DNA of 64,000 bases from Promethearchaeota archaeon (GTDB lineage Archaea; Asgardarchaeota; Heimdallarchaeia; Hodarchaeales; Hodarchaeaceae): positions 151,318 through 215,317 of the forward strand of contig JBHLMN010000005.1 in NCBI GenBank assembly GCA_048938105.1, written 5' to 3'. Positions 59,317 through 64,000 of the stretch are shown piece after piece. Under the pieces are notes generated by a model. The model saw nothing but the letters and a program-made list of their open reading frames with translations, was not told the origin of the DNA and searched no databases. The position numbers were made by a program, and so were the translations under genes. Position 1 is the stretch's first letter. The number at the start of each line of letters is the position of its first letter.

Positions 59317-60183
59317 TCATATAACCAGTAGAATAGCCCCAAATACCATGAATACCATACCAGGTATTCGTTCTTTGATCTCCTCCTTTAAAATTAACTT
59401 GGCTAGGAAGGCGGTTACAAAAACTGATAATAATGATGCAGGTTCAGCAACTGTTACTTCTAATCCTACTATAGCAATTAATAGCATTACATATGCCCAT
59501 CCATTTGATAGACCAGCTAGAATAATTGTTTTGAGGTTATTTCTAAAAGCAAGAATGCCATCATAATACCTTCTGGTAAAGATTGCTATTACAAAGAACA
59601 TTAATCCAGCAAAGAAAAGGATTGAGAAAGCATAAACTCTTGAATCTATCGTTCTAATGGCATAAGTATCCACTGTTCTTCCAAGAGCTAAAAAGAATGA
59701 ACCACTTATCATCAATAACGATGCCCTTGATGTTTTTATCTTTTGGATTTTTTCGGTAATTTTTCCAGGATATAAGCAGAAAACTCCAATGAACATCGTG
59801 ATCCCCCCTAATACTCGAAATACTCCTACATTCTCTCCTAGAAGAAATAAACCTAACACTAATAACCATAATAGTGATGAATTATAGAGAGGAGCAATTA
59901 ACGAAGCGTCCTCCTCTGACAAGGCTTTCACATAGGCAAAAAAACCAAAGGTGTAAATGATAGAACTGATAAATGCGAACTTTAAATCCTCTAATCCTGT
60001 AAGAAGTACTTCTATAGGGATGAACACAAAAATTGGTAATAAGAATAATGCTCCTGTTAAAAAGAAGATAGCACTGATTATTAACGAATCATATTCTTCA
60101 AGTTGTTTTAGAAAAATTCTTTCAGCACCTAACAAAAAGATCCGAAGTGATAGGGCAATAAATGAAATTATTACAATATCCAA
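59317..60183 (-). CDS. EamA/DMT family transporter
   Basis: Two 5-TM halves, DASLIAPL, LLGENV, ILKEEI. Confidence 0.88.
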   Translation of the reverse strand: MDIVIISFIALSLRIFLLGAERIFLKQLEEYDSLIISAIFFLTGALFLLPIFVFIPIEVLLTGLEDLKFAFISSIIYTFGFFAYVKALSEEDASLIAPLYNSSLLWLLVLGLFLLGENVGVFRVLGGITMFIGVFCLYPGKITEKIQKIKTSRASLLMISGSFFLALGRTVDTYAIRTIDSRVYAFSILFFAGLMFFVIAIFTRRYYDGILAFRNNLKTIILAGLSNGWAYVMLLIAIVGLEVTVAEPASLLSVFVTAFLAKLILKEEIKERIPGMVFMVFGAILLVI

Positions 60184-60253
60184 ATCAAAATCTTCCTAAA
60201 AATCATCAATAAGTCACTAAAAGTTGACATATTAGGATTAGGAAAAAAAAATC

Positions 60254-60269
60254 GGTTGCATAAGCAACT
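60254..60269. promoter_or_regulatory. Palindrome GGTTGC-N4-GCAACY upstream of eamA
   Basis: ggttgcataagcaact; 15/16 identical to the reverse complement of 61239-61254. Confidence 0.7.
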
Positions 60270-60434
60270 ATGTTAAAAAGCAGTAATAAATGTCAACCAA
60301 AGCTTCTTAAAGGGGAATAATTTCTGATTAAGTTATAAAAAATTGTCCATTTGAAAATTACTTACTATATGGCCATGCCTGTGATAAAATAATGATGTTA
60401 CGTGGCTAAATCGGCAATCAAAGATGCTAGGAAT

Positions 60435-61124
60435 TCAATTCTCGGCTGAACTTTTCTTTAATAAAAGATATGGCATTAAGGATGTGAATAACTTGTTTTC
60501 TGCTTTTCGTAAAGTCTTTTCAACAGCATATCTAGAAACCTTAAATTCGTCCGCAAGATCTTGAGTTCTAATTCTCCGTGGAATTTCATAATAACCTTTT
60601 TCAAAAGCTCCAATAAGAATCAATAGTTGATGTACAGTCAAATCGCTGGTTAATTCTGCTATAGAAATCATTTGGGAGGGAAATATTCCTTCAGATTCTA
60701 ATTCCTTTATGGAAATAATCTTTGTTTTGGGATATGTTTGCAATACTTGTACCACTGAGGATAAAATGGAGTTATCTAAGCATACGATTTGATAATGGCT
60801 CCATCCTCCCGAATATCTTATTGGATAAATCGATATACCTCCCTGTTGTTGAATCTGTGAATTAATTGTTTTATCACAAAGACATTTCATACTAATATAC
60901 GAAATTGTTGTCGGATTACTATCAATCGTCGTAATTTTCCAATCATGAGTATTTGGATAAAGATTGTTGGCTATTTCCATATTTTTTTCGTTAATCTCAC
61001 CTGGAATCATTAGTATATCGAATTTTGAATTGCAGTATCCATAAATCTCTTTCATTAAGAAGGATTTTGAAAAATTAAGATGAGGAGAATCGTGTTGAAT
61101 TTTAATCCGGAGTTCTATTACCAT
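60435..61124 (-). CDS. Bat-type (HTH_10) archaeal transcription regulator
   Basis: LTVHQ..AFEKGYYEIPRRIRTQDLA..LRKAENKL. Confidence 0.88.
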   Translation of the reverse strand: MVIELRIKIQHDSPHLNFSKSFLMKEIYGYCNSKFDILMIPGEINEKNMEIANNLYPNTHDWKITTIDSNPTTISYISMKCLCDKTINSQIQQQGGISIYPIRYSGGWSHYQIVCLDNSILSSVVQVLQTYPKTKIISIKELESEGIFPSQMISIAELTSDLTVHQLLILIGAFEKGYYEIPRRIRTQDLADEFKVSRYAVEKTLRKAENKLFTSLMPYLLLKKSSAEN

Positions 61125-61238
61125 AAATCAATCCCTATCTAGAAATTAATTTTCGATTCAAAAATCATGTCAAAGCGGCAAATCTACTAATTCTAATTCC
61201 TTAATCAATAATTATTTTTCAAGACTTGAAAAAAAAGC

Positions 61239-61254
61239 GGTTGCTTATGCAACC
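61239..61254. promoter_or_regulatory. Palindrome GGTTGC-N4-GCAACC upstream of the HTH_10 gene and the divergent mttB-like gene
   Basis: ggttgcttatgcaacc, preceded by an A-run as in the 60254 copy. Confidence 0.7.
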
Positions 61255-61632
61255 ATAATATAAGATTACTTAAAAGATTACATTCAAAAAAAGGTGAAAC
61301 GTTAATTCATTCTGAGGTGCTGCTGGTTTTTTTAAGGTGAACATAATAAGAATTTGAGCTCTCTCTCCTCTCTTTAAGACTGGTTAGATATGAAAAAGGT
61401 ATAAAAGTGGATTACTGATAATGAAACAGTAAAACAGGACACATATACTATGAACCTTCGCTTTATTAACAAAGATAGGACGGACAGAATGAGAGAAATC
61501 TTCAGAATGAATTCTATAATAGGTAATTCCAGAATCAAACTCTAGCAAATAACACACAAAATTATCATCACTTTCTCTTTTCTCTTACTTCTACGGAAAT
61601 TTTTATAATGTCACGGAATTCTTGGATTATTT

Positions 61633-63063
61633 ATGTTAAAATTGTCCATTTTAACCCAACAAGAACAAGATTCAATTCATACCGCTGCGTTAAAGGTATT
61701 AAAAACCGTTGGTTGTGAGATTCAAGACAAGAAATGGCTGAGTCTTTTAGCGAAAAATGGAGTAAAAGTCGATTATACAACTTCGAGGGTTTTTATAACT
61801 GATGAAGACATTGTTAACTCCTCACTTGAATCTTGTGGTCACTCGATTAAATATGCAGCTAGAGATCCCCAAAAAGATTGGATTATAGGCCAAGGAGTGG
61901 CTAAAACCCATACACCAGAAGGTATAACTCATGTCATAGAATTGGAATCAAGATGTCACCGAGAAGCCCAATTATCTGATCTAGCAGATATTACAAAAAT
62001 TTGTGACTTTCTTTCCAATGTCGATGGTATAATTGATCCTGTTGTTCCTTATGATGTTCCTCCTGCTATACAAAGTGTCATAATAACAAAGACACTGATA
62101 GAAAATACAACAAAACCAATTGATCCAGCAGGGATCGCTTTGAAGAAAGGATTTCCTTTTGTTATGCAGATGCTTACTACTCTCCTTGGAGATCGAGATA
62201 TATCAGAATACAGCTTAGGTGTTGGTGTTACCGCTACAAGTCCATTATTATTTCCATTTGACCAATTAGATACCTATTGGCAAGGAATTGAGCTAGGATC
62301 ATCCTGTGATGTAGGTTCGATGCCACAGGCAGGATCGACTGCTCCTGCCTCTCTAGCAGGAACATTAACGTTGTTTGTCGCTGAAATATTAATGGGACTC
62401 ATTATGGGACAGATAAAAAAGCCTGGATTATCTCAATTTGTATTTGTACGACCGTGCCTTTCGAATCCACGTTTTGGGATATTTAATTCAGGTCCGCCCG
62501 AGGTTGGATTGCTCCAGGCGGCAGCCACTCAATTCTGTAAGGAAAAATACGGCCTTCTTGTTAATGCAGGTTGGGGTGTAAGTGATTCCCATTGTATTAG
62601 TCCCCAAGTAGCCTATGAAAAATGCTATATTTGGATGATGTCATTAGCTGCTGGTGCAGATATGATTTCGGGTGTTGGAGGCCTCGGTAGTGGGTTAATA
62701 TCTTCTCCTGCACAAGTTGTTATTGATGATGAGATTATTGCTCACCTTAGACGAGGTGTTCAAGGAATTACCGTGGATGATTTCCATTTAGGCGTAGAGA
62801 TGATTGAAGACACTGGTATCGGGAACACATTTCTTTTTCATCCAAAAACAAGCCAGATTATTAGGGAAGAATGGCTATTATCTGAACTACCAAGTCGGAA
62901 TTCTTTTAGTACTTGGCAAAATGCAGGTGCTCTAGATCTAATTAGTAGAGCAGAAAAGAAGGCAAAAGAAATTCTTGCGAATCATGAGGTAGAAGCATTG
63001 GATCCCAGTCTAGAAGAAGATCTTAACTGTATCCTTAAAGAAGCCAAAAGAACGTTACTATAG
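61633..63063 (+). CDS. Trimethylamine methyltransferase (MttB) family protein, non-pyrrolysine type
   Basis: IHTAALKVL..G, SPL, GSTAPASLAG, SD...Q.AYEK, GIGNTFL.H..T; no in-frame TAG. Confidence 0.88.
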   Translation: MLKLSILTQQEQDSIHTAALKVLKTVGCEIQDKKWLSLLAKNGVKVDYTTSRVFITDEDIVNSSLESCGHSIKYAARDPQKDWIIGQGVAKTHTPEGITHVIELESRCHREAQLSDLADITKICDFLSNVDGIIDPVVPYDVPPAIQSVIITKTLIENTTKPIDPAGIALKKGFPFVMQMLTTLLGDRDISEYSLGVGVTATSPLLFPFDQLDTYWQGIELGSSCDVGSMPQAGSTAPASLAGTLTLFVAEILMGLIMGQIKKPGLSQFVFVRPCLSNPRFGIFNSGPPEVGLLQAAATQFCKEKYGLLVNAGWGVSDSHCISPQVAYEKCYIWMMSLAAGADMISGVGGLGSGLISSPAQVVIDDEIIAHLRRGVQGITVDDFHLGVEMIEDTGIGNTFLFHPKTSQIIREEWLLSELPSRNSFSTWQNAGALDLISRAEKKAKEILANHEVEALDPSLEEDLNCILKEAKRTLL

Positions 63064-63874
63064 GAAAAGATACTGGACTCTAGAAATAAATTTTAAACCT
63101 TACATTAAGAAAATACTTGAAAAACCTAACTTTTCCTTAATCATTACTCTTTTAATAAAAAAACCATTTCTTAAACATGATTTGATTGGATGGACTACAT
63201 AAACCAACTCTAGATGAACACCACTTAATTCATCAAAAAGTGTCTGAATTCTTCTTATCATGATTAATTGACTTGAATCTTTAAGTATGCAAAAATTAAT
63301 ACTGTTGAAATTTTAGTACTAAATTGAAATCAAGAATAGGAACATCAGGAATTATAAAACTCTATCTATCCTAGAATTATAGTTGATGTACTTATCTTCT
63401 AGCGAATACCATATGGTTAGCCTTATAAAGGAAGAAAGATTACATTGTAACTGAAAATATAATGATTAAAAATTCGAATAAACCTCAGAATGAAGGAGAT
63501 ATCACAGATATTATAGAAGTACTAGAATTTCTAAATTATGACGGTACAATAAGCTTTCATGATATAGATTCCACTGTAGCAGTTCATTAACATACAATAT
63601 CATTTTTATAGTTAGGAAGGAGCATTTTTGCAGTTATTATCCCTACTGATTATGATTTTCAAATATAAATCTCTGGAAAATCCAATCTAGGCTTTCATAG
63701 CAGCTATACTCAATGTCAGAAAAAGCTGGATTATATTGTAATGGTAAATGGTGATACCAAAAGTATTAGGTAAATCTTCTTAAAATTACTCCAGAGGAAA
63801 TTTAAGAAGCTCTTTGGATTGGTTGTTCTCCTGATGTGAGAATTATCACATCATAAAGAGTTTAAATGCTGGAA

Positions 63875-64000
63875 TTAACCAGGGGGGATTAAAATTCTGA
63901 CCTTTGATCCTTCATTCTTTGTAGCATCAATAAAAATATTCCCACCATGTTGATCAACAATACCTTTAGTTATTGTTAATCCTAAACCAAGGCCCCCTGC
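63875..64000 (-). CDS. C-terminus of a histidine kinase (HATPase_c), truncated by the window edge
   Basis: AGGLGLGLTITKGIVDQHGGNIFIDATKNEGSKVRILIPPG*. Confidence 0.85.
   Translation of the reverse strand, partial: AGGLGLGLTITKGIVDQHGGNIFIDATKNEGSKVRILIPPG

Noticed and set aside
3667-60199. Numerous short antisense or alternate-frame ORFs in the track (e.g. 33035-33643, 29808-30281, 59207-59566, 15908-16321)
   Set aside because: They shadow well-supported genes on the other strand or frame and show no independent motifs
61633-63063. Pyrrolysine readthrough in MttB
   Set aside because: The ORF is full length with no internal TAG; the TAG at 63061 is the normal terminus
63070-63870. Possible decayed gene after mttB
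   Set aside because: Protein-like fragments with many stops; I cannot assign a family

Overview
AT-rich prokaryotic window that reads as archaeal, most likely Asgard (Heimdallarchaeia/Hodarchaeales-like). This is inferred from PGF-type C-terminal anchors, BRE/TATA-like promoters and eukaryote-type longin, PCI and RING domains. I found no rRNA, tRNA, CRISPR array or intact mobile element. 1-15.3 kb: membrane-anchored surface proteins (PGF-tail protein, Kelch propeller, subtilase), two TetR units with visible operators, and a heterodimeric ABC exporter whose 3' end is duplicated beyond the Kelch gene. 15.8-30.3 kb holds the main highlights. The first is a 3552-aa single-pass surface protein (3x DUF2341/LamG, ~16 cadherin-like repeats) whose cytoplasmic tail resembles the FLCN/SMCR8-type longin (uDENN) domain and keeps the 'ARG' arginine-finger motif. 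The second, next to it, is a PCI-wHTH + RING-like + 25-TPR protein. 30.3-56.8 kb: two FtsX/MacB permeases and a surface-glycan locus (GT-C-like proteins, radical SAM, tandem FemAB, deacetylase, GT4s, DUF354, Asn-synthase-like, flippase, nucleotide-sugar enzymes). 57-64 kb: anchored metallopeptidase, degraded longin-like frame, EamA transporter, HTH_10 regulator flanked by a shared palindrome, non-pyrrolysine MttB, and the 3' end of a histidine kinase. All family assignments come from motif recognition by eye; no searches were run.
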